The notes under the pieces are model-generated. The model did not search any database. It worked only from the letters and a program-made list of their open reading frames with translations, and was not told the DNA's origin. The position numbers were made by a program, and so were the translations under genes. Source: an uncultured delta proteobacterium (GTDB lineage Bacteria; Myxococcota_A; UBA9160; SZUA-336). From it: a stretch of DNA of 64,000 nt. Below, piece by piece: positions 20,233 to 33,777 of the stretch. The stretch spans positions 288,001 through 352,000 of the forward strand of contig CAVPHD010000004.1 of NCBI GenBank assembly GCA_963704165.1. The letters run 5' to 3'. Within the stretch, counting starts at the first letter, position 1, and each line of letters starts with the position of its first letter.

Positions 20233-21777
20233 ATGGCGTTGCTCCAGCCGGTGACTCCGCGCGAGCTTCACGGCCGCCGCAAGCTCGAGGTGTTCTCGCC
20301 TGCGACGCTCGAGCGGCTCGGCGAGATCGAGGTCGCGAGTCCCGACGACGTGCGTGCAGCCGTGGCGCGCGCGCGTGCCGCGCAGCCGGACTGGGCGGCC
20401 CGGAGCTTCGACGAACGCGCTCGGTTCCTGCTCCGCGCGCGCGATCTGCTCGTCGAGCGCGCGGACGAGATCGCCGACGTGATCTGCCGCGACACCGGCA
20501 AGCCAAAGCTCGAGGCGATGACGTCGGAGATCCTCGGGGCCTGCGACGCACTGACGTTCTACGCCAAGAACGCGAAACGTCTGCTCCGCGACGAGAAGAA
20601 GAGTCTTCACCTGATGAAGACGAAGAAGCTCGTGCTCTCGTACCGGCCGATCGGCGTGATCGGAATCATCACGCCCTGGAATTTCCCGTTCCTGCTCTCG
20701 CTCAACCCGGCCGTTCAGGCGCTCGCAGCCGGGAATACGGTCGTGCTCAAGCCCTCGGAGATCACGCCCTTCGTCGGTCTCGCACTCGCCGCGCTCTTCG
20801 CGGATGCGGGGCTGCCCGAGAACGTCTTCCAGGTCCTGATCGGGGATGGAGCGACCGGGGCCGCGCTCGTCGACGCCGGTTGCGACAAGATCTCGTTCAC
20901 GGGATCCGAACGCACCGGGCGGAAGATCGGCGAGACCTGCGGGCGTGCGCTCGTACCGTGCACGCTCGAGCTTGGCGGCAAGGATCCGATGATCGTCTGC
21001 GACGACGCCGACATCGAACGCGCCGCGCGCGGTGCGGTCTGGGGTGCGTTCACGAACTCCGGCCAGGTGTGCATGTCCACGGAGCGGGTCTACGTGGTCG
21101 AGAAGGTCGCGCAGGCGTTCACCGACCGCGTCGTCGCGCTCACGCGCGAGCTGCGGCAAGGACCGGAGGCCGAGGGCGACGTCGATGTCGGCGCGATCAC
21201 GAGCCCCGCCCAGCTCGAGATCATCGAGCGGCACGTCTCCGACGCCGTGGCCAAAGGTGCGAAGATCCTGACCGGGGGTCGGCGCAATCCGGCGTATCCG
21301 GGGCTCTTCTTCGAGCCGACCGTGCTCGTCGACGTGAATCACGACATGGCGATCATGCGCGACGAGACGTTCGGTCCGTGTCTTCCGATCCAGGTCGTGA
21401 GCGACGAGGAAGAGGCGCTGCGACTCGCGAACGACTCCAGCTACGGGCTGCAGGCGAGCGTCTGGACGCGGGACACGTGGAAGGGAAAGCGCCTTGCGAA
21501 TCGGATCTCGGCGGGCGGCGTGGTCGTCGACGATTGCATCGTCACCTACGGAATCACCGAGAGCCCGTTCGGCGGCGTGAAGGAGAGTGGACTGGGGCGC
21601 GTGAACGGAGAGCTCGGTCTGAAGAGCTTCTGCAACGTGCAGTCGGTCGTGCTGCCGCGAATTCGCGGGAAGTCGGAGATGCTCTGGTATCCGTACAGCG
21701 CGAAGACGCTTCGCCTGGTGAAGCGAGCGCTCTCGCTCTTGTACCGGTCACCGCTCGGCAAGCTGCTCGGAAACTGA
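20233..21777 (+). CDS. Aldehyde dehydrogenase family protein
   Basis: ITPWNFP, LKPSEITP, FTGS, LELGGKDP, NSGQVC catalytic Cys, ETFGP, PFGGVKESG. Confidence 0.95.
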   Translation: MALLQPVTPRELHGRRKLEVFSPATLERLGEIEVASPDDVRAAVARARAAQPDWAARSFDERARFLLRARDLLVERADEIADVICRDTGKPKLEAMTSEILGACDALTFYAKNAKRLLRDEKKSLHLMKTKKLVLSYRPIGVIGIITPWNFPFLLSLNPAVQALAAGNTVVLKPSEITPFVGLALAALFADAGLPENVFQVLIGDGATGAALVDAGCDKISFTGSERTGRKIGETCGRALVPCTLELGGKDPMIVCDDADIERAARGAVWGAFTNSGQVCMSTERVYVVEKVAQAFTDRVVALTRELRQGPEAEGDVDVGAITSPAQLEIIERHVSDAVAKGAKILTGGRRNPAYPGLFFEPTVLVDVNHDMAIMRDETFGPCLPIQVVSDEEEALRLANDSSYGLQASVWTRDTWKGKRLANRISAGGVVVDDCIVTYGITESPFGGVKESGLGRVNGELGLKSFCNVQSVVLPRIRGKSEMLWYPYSAKTLRLVKRALSLLYRSPLGKLLGN

Positions 21778-21784
21778 GGCGACG

Positions 21785-22831
21785 TTGCTGCTCGCGGACC
21801 TCGCGGCCGCGCTCTCGCTCGAATTCGAGGGTGACGGATCGGTTTCGCTCGACGGGGTCGCGAGTCTCGAAGACGCCGGACCGAGCGAGCTCGCCTTCGT
21901 CACCGGTGCCAGGTACCAGGGCGCGTTCGCCGCTTCGCGAGCGGGCGCGTTTCTGCTGCCGCCGGGCTTCGACGCGCTCGACCGGCCCTGTCTGCGCTCG
22001 CCGGCCGCCTATGCGGACTTCGCGCGTGCGATCGACCTGTTCCACCCGAGGCGCCTCCCCGCGCCGGGCATCCACGCGAGCGCGGTCGTCGCCTCCGACG
22101 CGGTGATCGGGGCCGAAACGTCGGTCGGAGCTTGCGCCGTCGTCGGGGCGGGAGCTCGGATCGGCGCGCGAGTTTGCATTCACCCACACGTCACGGTGTA
22201 TCCCGACGTCGAGATCGGCGACGACAGCGAGATCCACTCCGGCGCGCAGCTTCGAGAGGGTGTGCGAATCGGCAAGCGCGTTCTGATCAACAACGGTGCG
22301 GTGATCGGCGCGCCCGGCTTCGGCTTCACCACGCGCGCAGACGGCGTTCGCGTGCGCATTCCGCACGTGTGTCCGGTCGAGATCGGTGACGACAGCGAGA
22401 TCGGTGCGAACACCACGATCGACGCTTCGCATCCGGGACACCTGCGACGCGGGCACGCGCAGGTTCGCACCCGGATCGGCGTCGGCGTGAAGATCGACAA
22501 CGGCGTGCAGATCGCCCACGGCTGCGAGATCGGCGACCACTCGACGCTCTGCGCCCACGTCGGGCTCGCGGGCAGCACCGTGATCGGGCGCTTCGTGTAC
22601 GTCGGCGGCAAGGCGGCGAGCGCGGGGCACCTGACGATCGGAGACCTCTCGCTCGTCGGCGCGATGGCCGCCGTTTCGGGTGATCTCCCGCCGGGTTCGC
22701 AGGTTCTGGGCGTCCCCGCGATCGAGCGTGGTCTCTGGGCGAAGGTCATCGCGGCCCAGAAGCGTCTGCCAGAGCTCCTGCGCCGCGTCCGCGGGATCGA
22801 GAAGCGTCTCGACCGAGACGGTGGGGACTAG
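21785..22831 (+). CDS. lpxD: UDP-3-O-(3-hydroxyacyl)glucosamine N-acyltransferase LpxD
   Basis: N-terminal UBD (A....LAF), hexapeptide repeats, IG.PGFGF, EIGANTTID, KIDN.VQIAH catalytic His. Confidence 0.93.
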   Translation: MLLADLAAALSLEFEGDGSVSLDGVASLEDAGPSELAFVTGARYQGAFAASRAGAFLLPPGFDALDRPCLRSPAAYADFARAIDLFHPRRLPAPGIHASAVVASDAVIGAETSVGACAVVGAGARIGARVCIHPHVTVYPDVEIGDDSEIHSGAQLREGVRIGKRVLINNGAVIGAPGFGFTTRADGVRVRIPHVCPVEIGDDSEIGANTTIDASHPGHLRRGHAQVRTRIGVGVKIDNGVQIAHGCEIGDHSTLCAHVGLAGSTVIGRFVYVGGKAASAGHLTIGDLSLVGAMAAVSGDLPPGSQVLGVPAIERGLWAKVIAAQKRLPELLRRVRGIEKRLDRDGGD

Positions 22832-22837
22832 GCCGAC

Positions 22838-23647
22838 GTGGAGATCGCGGGGGTCGCGCTGGCTCGACTGCGGGAGCGTTTCGTCGCCGACGGCGAGGTC
22901 GTGACGCCCGAAGTGCTTCAGGCGCTGCGCGCCGATCGGCGCGGCGGAGCTCGCGAGCTCGCGGAGTCCCTCTCGGCGCGAGCGCGTCGCGAGGAGGTGG
23001 AGCGGTGCCGCCTTGCCGGGCTCTTCGCGCTCGAGCGCGAGCTCGCCTCCGAGGGCTACGCTCGGATCGCGGGGGTCGACGAAGTCGGTATGGGACCGCT
23101 CGCGGGCCCCGTCGTCGCGGCCGCCGTGATCCTTCCCGCGGACGCATGGCTGCCCGGTCTGGACGACTCGAAGCGGCTCTCGCGTGTCGCGCGCGAGCGA
23201 CTGGCGGGCGAGATCGAGCGCATCGCCGTCGGCGTCGCGCTCGGGTCGGTCGAGCCGGGCGAGATCGACCGCGTGAACGTGTACCGGGCCGGCTTGCTCG
23301 CGATGCGGCGCGCCGTCGACGGGCTCGCGAGCCCTCCCGACGTCCTCGTCGTCGATTCTCGCCGCGTTCCGGGCGTGGCGTGCCGCCAGGAGTCGCTCGT
23401 CGGCGGGGATTCCCGAGTGGCCGCGATCGCAGCGGCCTCGGTCGTCGCGAAGGTCTGGCGTGACGCCCGCATGGCAGAGCTTGCGCGACACCATCCCGGG
23501 TACGGCTTCGACCGACACTCAGGCTACGGAACGCCCGAACACCTCGAGGTTCTGGCGCGGCTCGGGCCGAGCCCGATCCACCGCCGCTCGTTCGAGCCCG
23601 TTCGCGCCTCGGCTGCGCGGTTCGGGGATTCATGCCGCACGTCGTGA
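22838..23647 (+). CDS. rnhB: Ribonuclease HII
   Basis: GVDEVG.GPLAGPVVAAAV, DSK, GD.....IAAASVVAKV.RD, GYGT..H, HRRSF. Confidence 0.96.
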   Translation: MEIAGVALARLRERFVADGEVVTPEVLQALRADRRGGARELAESLSARARREEVERCRLAGLFALERELASEGYARIAGVDEVGMGPLAGPVVAAAVILPADAWLPGLDDSKRLSRVARERLAGEIERIAVGVALGSVEPGEIDRVNVYRAGLLAMRRAVDGLASPPDVLVVDSRRVPGVACRQESLVGGDSRVAAIAAASVVAKVWRDARMAELARHHPGYGFDRHSGYGTPEHLEVLARLGPSPIHRRSFEPVRASAARFGDSCRTS

Positions 23648-24005
23648 TCGAGGGCGTCGTGGATCTGACGGCGTTCGCGCGCGACTGGCGGCCGTTCGTG
23701 CTCCGGCGCGGAGCGGACATCCTGCGCGCGGATCACCTCTACCTGTCGCCCGACGCTCGCGCCTGTCTGATCGACGCGCTCTGCGTCGAGGCCGGTCGCA
23801 AGCAGCCCTTCTACGTGAAGCTCTCCGTGCACGATCGTGGCAGCGCGACGGTTCGCATCGATCCGATGACGCACCCGGAGCGGAGCCCCGGCGTACACGA
23901 TCTGGTCGCGCATGTCGGCGCGCTGCTCCTGCGCGCGACGCCGGGAGGGCGAATCGGCACGACCAACGTCGTGGTACCATCCCAAAGCGACGGAGGTGAA
24001 CCGCG

Positions 24006-24009
<4 letters not shown>
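23632..24009 (+). CDS. Hypothetical protein
   Basis: MPHVVIEG... ORF overlapping rnhB stop and coupled by ATGA to cysK. Confidence 0.7.
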
Positions 24010-24955
<946 letters not shown>

Positions 24956-24959
<4 letters not shown>

Positions 24960-25576
24960 AGCCGGGCGCGAAGCGGGGTGAGCGAAGCCGCAAGCGCATC
25001 GTCGACTCCGCACGCGAGGTCTTCTTCGAGCAGGGCTTCGAGCGCGCGAACCTCGACGAGGTCGCTCGCCGCGCGGGCCTGGCGAAGGGCACGATCTACC
25101 GCCACTTCGAGAGCAAGGCCGAGCTCTACGTCGAGATCCTCGTCCAGAACGCGGACACGTTCATCCAGCGCATGGTCCGTGTGATCGACCCGGAGCTTCC
25201 CGCCGCCGATCAGATCCGGCGGCTCGCACGCTTCTACTTCGATCACTACACGACGCAGCTCGAGTACTTCCGGATCTTTTGGGCGATCGACAACCAGCGA
25301 CTGATCGGGCAGCTCCCGCCCAACCTCGTCGAGCTCGTGACCGAGGTCTGGAAGCGCGCGCTGCTCCTGCTCTCGGAGGTGATCGAACGCGGCGTCGCGC
25401 GCGGTGAATTCGAGCCGTGCGATCCCTGGCTCAGCGCGAACGTGGTCTGGATCGGGGCCAATGCGGTGATCCAAACGCTCGAAGTTCCCGAGCGCCGCGC
25501 CCTCTGGGAGCGCGACGTCCCGCTCGTCTACCACGAGGCGATCGAGCTCTTCCTGCGCGGCCTCGCCAAGCGCTGA
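24956..25576 (+). CDS. TetR/AcrR family transcriptional regulator (probable CTG start)
   Basis: [10 protein letters not shown]...G.....[28 protein letters not shown]; only plausible start is CTG overlapping the cysK TGA, with GGGAG 9 nt upstream. Confidence 0.85.
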
Positions 25577-25595
25577 TCGGACAAGCGGGCCTGCG

Positions 25596-25624
25596 TTGAC
25601 AAGCCGAGAACCGTCGGGGAAACT
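25596..25624 (+). promoter_or_regulatory. Putative sigma70 promoter of acpP-fabH (TTGACA-N17-GAAACT)
   Basis: Perfect -35 with canonical spacing in the intergenic region. Confidence 0.5.
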
Positions 25625-25707
25625 GAAACGCGCTGAATGTGACCGTGAGTCATGTTTGGAGCGAGAGTGGGACGGCGCCGTCAGCTGCGCCTGGGGAGGA
25701 GAGGACA

Positions 25708-25950
25708 ATGGATCTCGGTGAGCGGATCTTTGCGATCGTTGGCGAGCAGCTCGGTGTCGAGAAGGAGACGCTGGTCCCCGAGGCGAACCTCCTCGATGAC
25801 CTCGGCGCGGATTCACTCGACGTCGTCGAGCTCGTGATGGCGATCGAGGAGGAGTTCGGCATCGAGGTCCCGGACTCGGACGCGGAGAACATCCGCACCC
25901 TCGGCGACATCATGACCTACATCGAGGCGCGCGTAGAGACCGCTGCTTGA
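25708..25950 (+). CDS. acpP: Acyl carrier protein
   Basis: DLGADSLDVVELVMAIEEEF phosphopantetheine Ser motif; strong GGAGGAG SD. Confidence 0.96.
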   Translation: MDLGERIFAIVGEQLGVEKETLVPEANLLDDLGADSLDVVELVMAIEEEFGIEVPDSDAENIRTLGDIMTYIEARVETAA

Positions 25951-26939
25951 GCGTCCTGATCCGCAGCACCGGCTCCGCACTTCCGGAGCGGGTGATCTCG
26001 AACGCCGACCTCGAGAAGATGATCGATACGAATGACGAGTGGATCGTCACGCGTACCGGTATCCGCGAGCGGCGCATGCTCGCGCCGGAAGAAGCGACGA
26101 GTGACATCGTCACACGCGCCGCGGAGCGTGCGCTCGAGCAGGCGCAGCTTTCGGCGGCCGACCTCGACCTGATCATCGTCGCGACCTGCACGCCCGACAC
26201 GTTCACGCCGGCGACGGCGAACCACGTGCACCGGAGCCTGTGCCGCGGGCTGACGATTCCGGCCTTCGACGTGAACGCCGCCTGCTCCGGATTCGTGTAC
26301 GGCCTCGAGGTCGCGACGAGCATGCTGAAGTCGGGGAGCTACCGGCGCGTGCTTCTGGCGGGCGGTGAAGGCTTGACGCGCTTCATGGACTACGAGGAGC
26401 GATCGGTCTGCATCCTGTTCGGCGACGCCGCGGGCGCGGTCGTACTCGAGCGAAGCGACGAGCCCGGGGGCGTGCTGGCCACGACGCTGAAGTCCGATGG
26501 TCAGTACAGCGACCTGATCCAGATTCCCGGCGGTGGTGCTCGCAAACCGATTTCACCGTACGTGCTCGCTCAGCGCGAAGCCTTCGTGCGCATGAACGGC
26601 CCGCAGGTCTTCAAGGTTGCGGTGCAGTCGATGGAGCAGGTCGCGCGCGACACGCTCGCGAAGGTCGGCTGGGGCATCGAGGACGTCGATTGGGTGATCG
26701 CGCATCAGGCGAACCAGCGGATCCTGCGCGCGGTGGCCGATCGTCTCGAGGTTCCACCGGAGAAGATGCCGACGAACCTCGACGTGCGTGGCAACACGTC
26801 GGCGGCGTCGATCCCGGTCCTGCTCGACGAGTGCAATCGGGCCGGGCGCTTCGAGCGCGGGGACAAGATGCTCCTGGTCGCGTTCGGCGGTGGCCTCACC
26901 TGGGGCGCGGCGGCCGTGGAGTGGAATCAGGGTCGGTAG
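25947..26939 (+). CDS. fabH: Beta-ketoacyl-ACP synthase III
   Basis: WIVTRTGIRERR, AACSGF (Cys), LFGDAAGA, HQAN, GNTSAAS, FGGGLTW. Confidence 0.96.
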   Translation: MSVLIRSTGSALPERVISNADLEKMIDTNDEWIVTRTGIRERRMLAPEEATSDIVTRAAERALEQAQLSAADLDLIIVATCTPDTFTPATANHVHRSLCRGLTIPAFDVNAACSGFVYGLEVATSMLKSGSYRRVLLAGGEGLTRFMDYEERSVCILFGDAAGAVVLERSDEPGGVLATTLKSDGQYSDLIQIPGGGARKPISPYVLAQREAFVRMNGPQVFKVAVQSMEQVARDTLAKVGWGIEDVDWVIAHQANQRILRAVADRLEVPPEKMPTNLDVRGNTSAASIPVLLDECNRAGRFERGDKMLLVAFGGGLTWGAAAVEWNQGR

Positions 26940-26949
26940 CGCGCACGCA

Positions 26950-27162
26950 TCAGCGTCGAGCTCGCCAGACGGCGACGATACCGACGATCAGGAAGGCCGC
27001 CGCCATCAACCACGTCACCTTGCCGTCGAGGTGTGACTTGACCCGCTCGGCCGTGTAGTCTCGGATCGCCCCCGCGGGTGGTGTTTCGAGCAACACGGGC
27101 AGCGAGTAGAGCAGCGTCAGTACGACGAAGAGCGCGAAGCCAGCGACGACGACGAGCGTCAT
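26950..27162 (-). CDS. Small two-TM hypothetical membrane protein
   Basis: Two hydrophobic helices in 70 aa; fills the gap between fabH and the next gene (alternative start 27174). Confidence 0.55.
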   Translation of the reverse strand: MTLVVVAGFALFVVLTLLYSLPVLLETPPAGAIRDYTAERVKSHLDGKVTWLMAAAFLIVGIVAVWRARR

Positions 27163-27268
27163 TCGGGGGAGCATGCTCGTCGAACGCGCCGGTGCGGGGC
27201 CTCTCTGCACGGCGCAGAGATACGCGGCCTTGTCCTGCGTCGCAAGTCCCGCGAGATTGGGGATCGAC

Positions 27269-28396
27269 ATGCATTTCGACTGGACCGAGATCCTGAAGGA
27301 CGTCGACGCGCAGCTCGAGGCCGCGGATCTGGTCGCGCGCGAAGACGTGGGACTGGATCCGGACCAGATCGAACGGCACGCGCGTGCGATCGCATCGGGT
27401 GAGCTCGGGAAGAGCTCGAGTGTCGTGTCCGGAGCGCTGAGGCTCGCCGGTCGCGAGGACGTCGAGAACATCGAGAACGCAACCGCAGGGGAGCGCGCCG
27501 AGTTCGATGCGCTCGGACGCGATGCGATCACCGCCGGACGTGTCGCCGTCGTGGTCCTGAACGGCGGCATGGCGACGCGCTTCGGCGGCGAGGTCAAGGG
27601 GATCGTCGAGGCGGTCGGCGGCCGTACCTTCCTCGAAGTCAAGCTCGCGCAGGCGCGCAAGTTCGGCCGGGTGCCGTTCCTGATCATGAACAGCTTCGCG
27701 ACCCACGCGCGCACGGTCGAGTTCCTCGCCGGCCACGAGCTTCGGGACATCGCCGAAGTCTTCCTGCAGAGCGTCAGCCTGCGTCTGACACCGAGCGGTG
27801 ATCTCTTTCGCGACGCATCGGGCCGCGTCTCGCTCTACGCGCCGGGCCACGGCGATTTCCCCGGGAGCCTGCGCCGCTCGGGCCAGCTCGCCCGCCTCGG
27901 TGAGCTCGGGGTCGAGACACTGCTGCTCTCGAACATCGACAACCTCGGCGCGGAGCTCGATCCGCTCCTGGTCGGATTCCACCTCGCGCGGGAGAGAGAG
28001 CTGACCGCCGAGCTTGCAGAGACCTTGCCGGGAGACGTCGGCGGCGCGCCCGCGTTCGTCGACGGGCGGCTGCAGATCGTCGAGGGCTTCCGCTTCCCGC
28101 CGGGCTTCGATTTCGCAACCGTCCCATTCATGGCGACCAACACGTTCGCGATCTCGCGAACCCTGCTCGATCGCGAGTATCCGCTCTCTTGGTACTACGT
28201 CGAGAAGACGGTGGACGGACAGACGGCGGTGCAGATGGAGAGGCTGGTGAACGAACTCTCGAGCTTCGTCCCGACCCGCTATCTGGTCACGCCTCGCGGC
28301 GGACCGCGTGGACGCTTCTTCCCGATCAAGACGCGTGACGACCTCGAAGCGTTGCGTTCGGACGCGTCCCTCGTGCGGCGATTCTCCGGGCTATGA
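27269..28396 (+). CDS. UTP--glucose-1-phosphate uridylyltransferase, eukaryote-type UDPGP family
   Basis: LNGGMATRFG..KG, MNSF.TH, PGHGD, SNIDNLGA, RF.PIK. Confidence 0.85.
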   Translation: MHFDWTEILKDVDAQLEAADLVAREDVGLDPDQIERHARAIASGELGKSSSVVSGALRLAGREDVENIENATAGERAEFDALGRDAITAGRVAVVVLNGGMATRFGGEVKGIVEAVGGRTFLEVKLAQARKFGRVPFLIMNSFATHARTVEFLAGHELRDIAEVFLQSVSLRLTPSGDLFRDASGRVSLYAPGHGDFPGSLRRSGQLARLGELGVETLLLSNIDNLGAELDPLLVGFHLARERELTAELAETLPGDVGGAPAFVDGRLQIVEGFRFPPGFDFATVPFMATNTFAISRTLLDREYPLSWYYVEKTVDGQTAVQMERLVNELSSFVPTRYLVTPRGGPRGRFFPIKTRDDLEALRSDASLVRRFSGL

Positions 28397-28405
28397 TGAG
28401 CCGAG

Positions 28406-31078
<2,673 letters not shown>

Positions 31079-31127
31079 AGAAAACCCAACGAAAGCACTG
31101 CACTGGCCGAATTCGGCGGGGCGGGCG

Positions 31128-31811
31128 ATGGTCGAAGCCGTGGGTGAACAGAACCGGAAGGACAATCCGCGCGTGGATGCCGTGACCACACTGGGTCGCT
31201 TGCCGGGCCTTGGCCGGACGGACAACGTCTCCCAGACCGATTCCGAGCTGATCCGGGATGCCCAGGCCAATGACCACGCGGCCTTCGAGACGCTCGTTCG
31301 CCGCTATGCCGAGCGGGCCTTCCGCGCCGCCTATCGGGTCGTCCGCGACCAGCAGGCCGCGGAGGAGGTTCTTCAAGAGGCGCTGATCAAGGCCTATCGC
31401 GCGCTGCCCCGGTTCGAGGCGCGCTCGTCGTTCTACACCTGGCTGTATCGGATCACGGTGAATCTGGCGCTCGATCGTCGCCGTCGCGGCAAGCGCGAGC
31501 CGACGCTCGAATGGGACGATGCGATCGCGCACCAGGTCGATCCGCGCGCCGTCGCCGCCGTGTCGCACGATCCCGAGGTGGAGGTGCGCAGGCGGGAAGT
31601 CCGCGACCTGGTCGCCCAGGGGATCCAGACGCTGCCGGACGCGCAGCGCGAGGCCCTCCTGCTACGAGAGGTCGACGGGCTGTCGTACGAAGAGATCGCA
31701 GAGTCGATGGGGATCTCGAAGGGAACGGTGATGAGCCGGCTACACTACGCACGCAAGAAGATGATCGTGTTCCTCGCCGAGCGGGGCGTCGATCCCGAGG
31801 ATGTGATTTGA
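31128..31811 (+). CDS. ECF sigma-70 family factor (start uncertain)
   Basis: AF..LV.RY, QE..IKAYR.L..F...SSFYTWLYRI.VN, LREVDGLSYEEIA..MG...GTVMSRL.YAR. Confidence 0.93.
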   Translation: MVEAVGEQNRKDNPRVDAVTTLGRLPGLGRTDNVSQTDSELIRDAQANDHAAFETLVRRYAERAFRAAYRVVRDQQAAEEVLQEALIKAYRALPRFEARSSFYTWLYRITVNLALDRRRRGKREPTLEWDDAIAHQVDPRAVAAVSHDPEVEVRRREVRDLVAQGIQTLPDAQREALLLREVDGLSYEEIAESMGISKGTVMSRLHYARKKMIVFLAERGVDPEDVI

Positions 31812-32470
31812 AGAGCTCCGATCTCGACAAGCGCGTCGGCGCGTATCTCGACGGCGCGCTCGCGGACGCCAAGCGCGAGCGACTCGAGCGCGAACTCGCG
31901 CAGGATCCCGCGTTGCAGAAGCAGGTCGCCCGCTCACGCGCGCTCACGCATCTGGTTCGCGAAGCCTGGAGCGAGGGTCCGCCCGCGCCCACGCCGGAGG
32001 TCCTCCTCAGCGCGCTGCGACCGCAGCTTGCCGCGATCTCGCGTGAGCGCGGTGCGCGGCCCGCCTGGCAGCAGGCGCTCGAGCGCGCCCGGACGCGGTT
32101 TGCGAGCTGGTTCGGGCCGATGCCGATCGCGGCCTCCGCAGCCGCGGCATTCCTGCTCGCGCTCGCCTTCCTGCCCCGTCCGAGCGGCCCGGTTCCGGAT
32201 CTCTCCGCGCTGCTGCCGGCCCCGCGAAATCCAGCGCTGCAGTCCGCGCCGGTGCTCCACTCGACACCATCACGCGCGCAACCCGGACGGCCGACGGCGT
32301 CGTTCGAGCCCGCGAGTCTCTGGCAGGATCCGGCGGCCGGGATCTACGATGTCTCTCCGCGCGAGACGCCAGCGATGATCTTCCACAACGCGGACGGCTC
32401 GACGATCCTCTGGCTGCTCGAGGGCGACGACCTGTCGCTGCTTCTCCAGCGTATGGACCGGTGGAGCTGA
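31808..32470 (+). CDS. Transmembrane anti-sigma factor (ZAS-like N-terminus without Zn ligands)
   Basis: AYLDG.L....R..LE..L..DP N-terminus, one TM helix, Pro-rich linker; TTGA coupled to the ECF gene. Confidence 0.8.
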   Translation: MKSSDLDKRVGAYLDGALADAKRERLERELAQDPALQKQVARSRALTHLVREAWSEGPPAPTPEVLLSALRPQLAAISRERGARPAWQQALERARTRFASWFGPMPIAASAAAAFLLALAFLPRPSGPVPDLSALLPAPRNPALQSAPVLHSTPSRAQPGRPTASFEPASLWQDPAAGIYDVSPRETPAMIFHNADGSTILWLLEGDDLSLLLQRMDRWS

Positions 32471-33045
32471 TGCAGGTCGCAGGTTCGAGCCGGGCGCCGC
32501 TCGCCTTCGCCGCCGCACTCGTGCTGGCCGGTTCCGCGGCTCACGAGCTGCGCGCGCAGTCGACGACGATGCCGCTCGTGCCCGACTCGAAGCACGCGAC
32601 CGAAGCCGTGGCGTCGATCCCGCCGATCACGATCCGCATCTCGATCGCTTCCGCGAGCGAGGACGAGGGGACTCTCGATCCCGCCGCCACCGACATCTAC
32701 GAGCAGCTGCCGGCGAAGTACCACTCGATCCGGATGGTCGAGGAGCGCACGATCGCCGTTTTCTTCGGTGAGCAGGCGCGAGTCGTGCTGCCGACCGGCT
32801 CCGAGGTCCGGCTGCTCCCCGTCGCGGTCCACGGTGGTCAGCTTCATCTCCAGCTCGAGATGCCGGAGCTGCTCAACACGAGCATGCGCATGGCCAACAA
32901 CCGCGCGTTCTACGTCGGTGGCGTTCCCTACGAGAACGGCACGCTGGTCTTCAAGCTCGTGCCCGAGTTCAGCGCCTACGTCGAGGCCCCGGCGGTCGAT
33001 CGGCCCGCTTCGCCCGAGACGCGCAAGGCCAGGAGCGGCCGTTAG
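32470..33045 (+). CDS. Exported hypothetical protein, accessory to the ECF/anti-sigma pair
   Basis: Signal peptide (LAFAAALVLAGSAAHELRA), beta-rich body; TGATG coupling to the anti-sigma gene. Confidence 0.7.
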   Translation: MQVAGSSRAPLAFAAALVLAGSAAHELRAQSTTMPLVPDSKHATEAVASIPPITIRISIASASEDEGTLDPAATDIYEQLPAKYHSIRMVEERTIAVFFGEQARVVLPTGSEVRLLPVAVHGGQLHLQLEMPELLNTSMRMANNRAFYVGGVPYENGTLVFKLVPEFSAYVEAPAVDRPASPETRKARSGR

Positions 33046-33102
33046 CACGAGACGACTCGTGTAGACTGCGCCTCCGGTGCAGCGCGCGCCGGAGGAGACC
33101 GC

Positions 33103-33777
33103 TTGGGCCAGGCGTGGAGCTTGACGATGCCTCTCGACGAGGCCATGACGACGCAGCGGGCGATCCGTCGTCTCAAGCCAGATGCCGTCCCCGATGACCT
33201 CGTCCTGCGTTTGATCGAGCTCGCATTGAAGGCGCCGACGGGCGGGAACGCGCAGGGTTGGGAGTGGATCGTCGTGCGCGATCCGGCGGTGAAGGCGAGC
33301 CTCGCGCGTCAGAACCGCCGCGCGTTCCGCATCTACGGTGCGATCGGCCGACGCGTGACGGCGAACGACCCGAAGCTCTCGCGTCTGCTCGACGCGGTCC
33401 AGTGGCAGGCGGACCACTTCGAGGAGGTTCCCGTCGTCGTCGTCGCTTGTCTTCGCGGGTTCCGACTCGCGTTTCCGAACGCCGTGGCCAGTTCGTACTA
33501 CGGCTCGATCTTCCCGTCGGTGCAAAATCTCTTGCTCGCCGCGCGCGCATCGGGTCTCGGCGCGGCGCTGATCACGCTGCCGCTCTGGAGCACGTTCGCG
33601 GCGCGGCGAATTCTGGGCCTGCCCTGGAACGTGACGCCGTGCGCGGTGATTCCGCTCGGCTGGCCGATCGGGCGCTACGGCCCGACGACGCGCCGCGACG
33701 TCGGCGACGTCGTCTCGCTCGATCGCTACGGGAACAAGCCGTGGCGCGGCCGCAGGTCGGGCGCGGAAGGTACATGA
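33103..33777 (+). CDS. Nitroreductase family protein
   Basis: TQRAIRRLKPD.V, APTGGNAQ.W.W, SIFP.VQNLLLAAR..GLG, VIPLGWP. Confidence 0.92.
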   Translation: MGQAWSLTMPLDEAMTTQRAIRRLKPDAVPDDLVLRLIELALKAPTGGNAQGWEWIVVRDPAVKASLARQNRRAFRIYGAIGRRVTANDPKLSRLLDAVQWQADHFEEVPVVVVACLRGFRLAFPNAVASSYYGSIFPSVQNLLLAARASGLGAALITLPLWSTFAARRILGLPWNVTPCAVIPLGWPIGRYGPTTRRDVGDVVSLDRYGNKPWRGRRSGAEGT

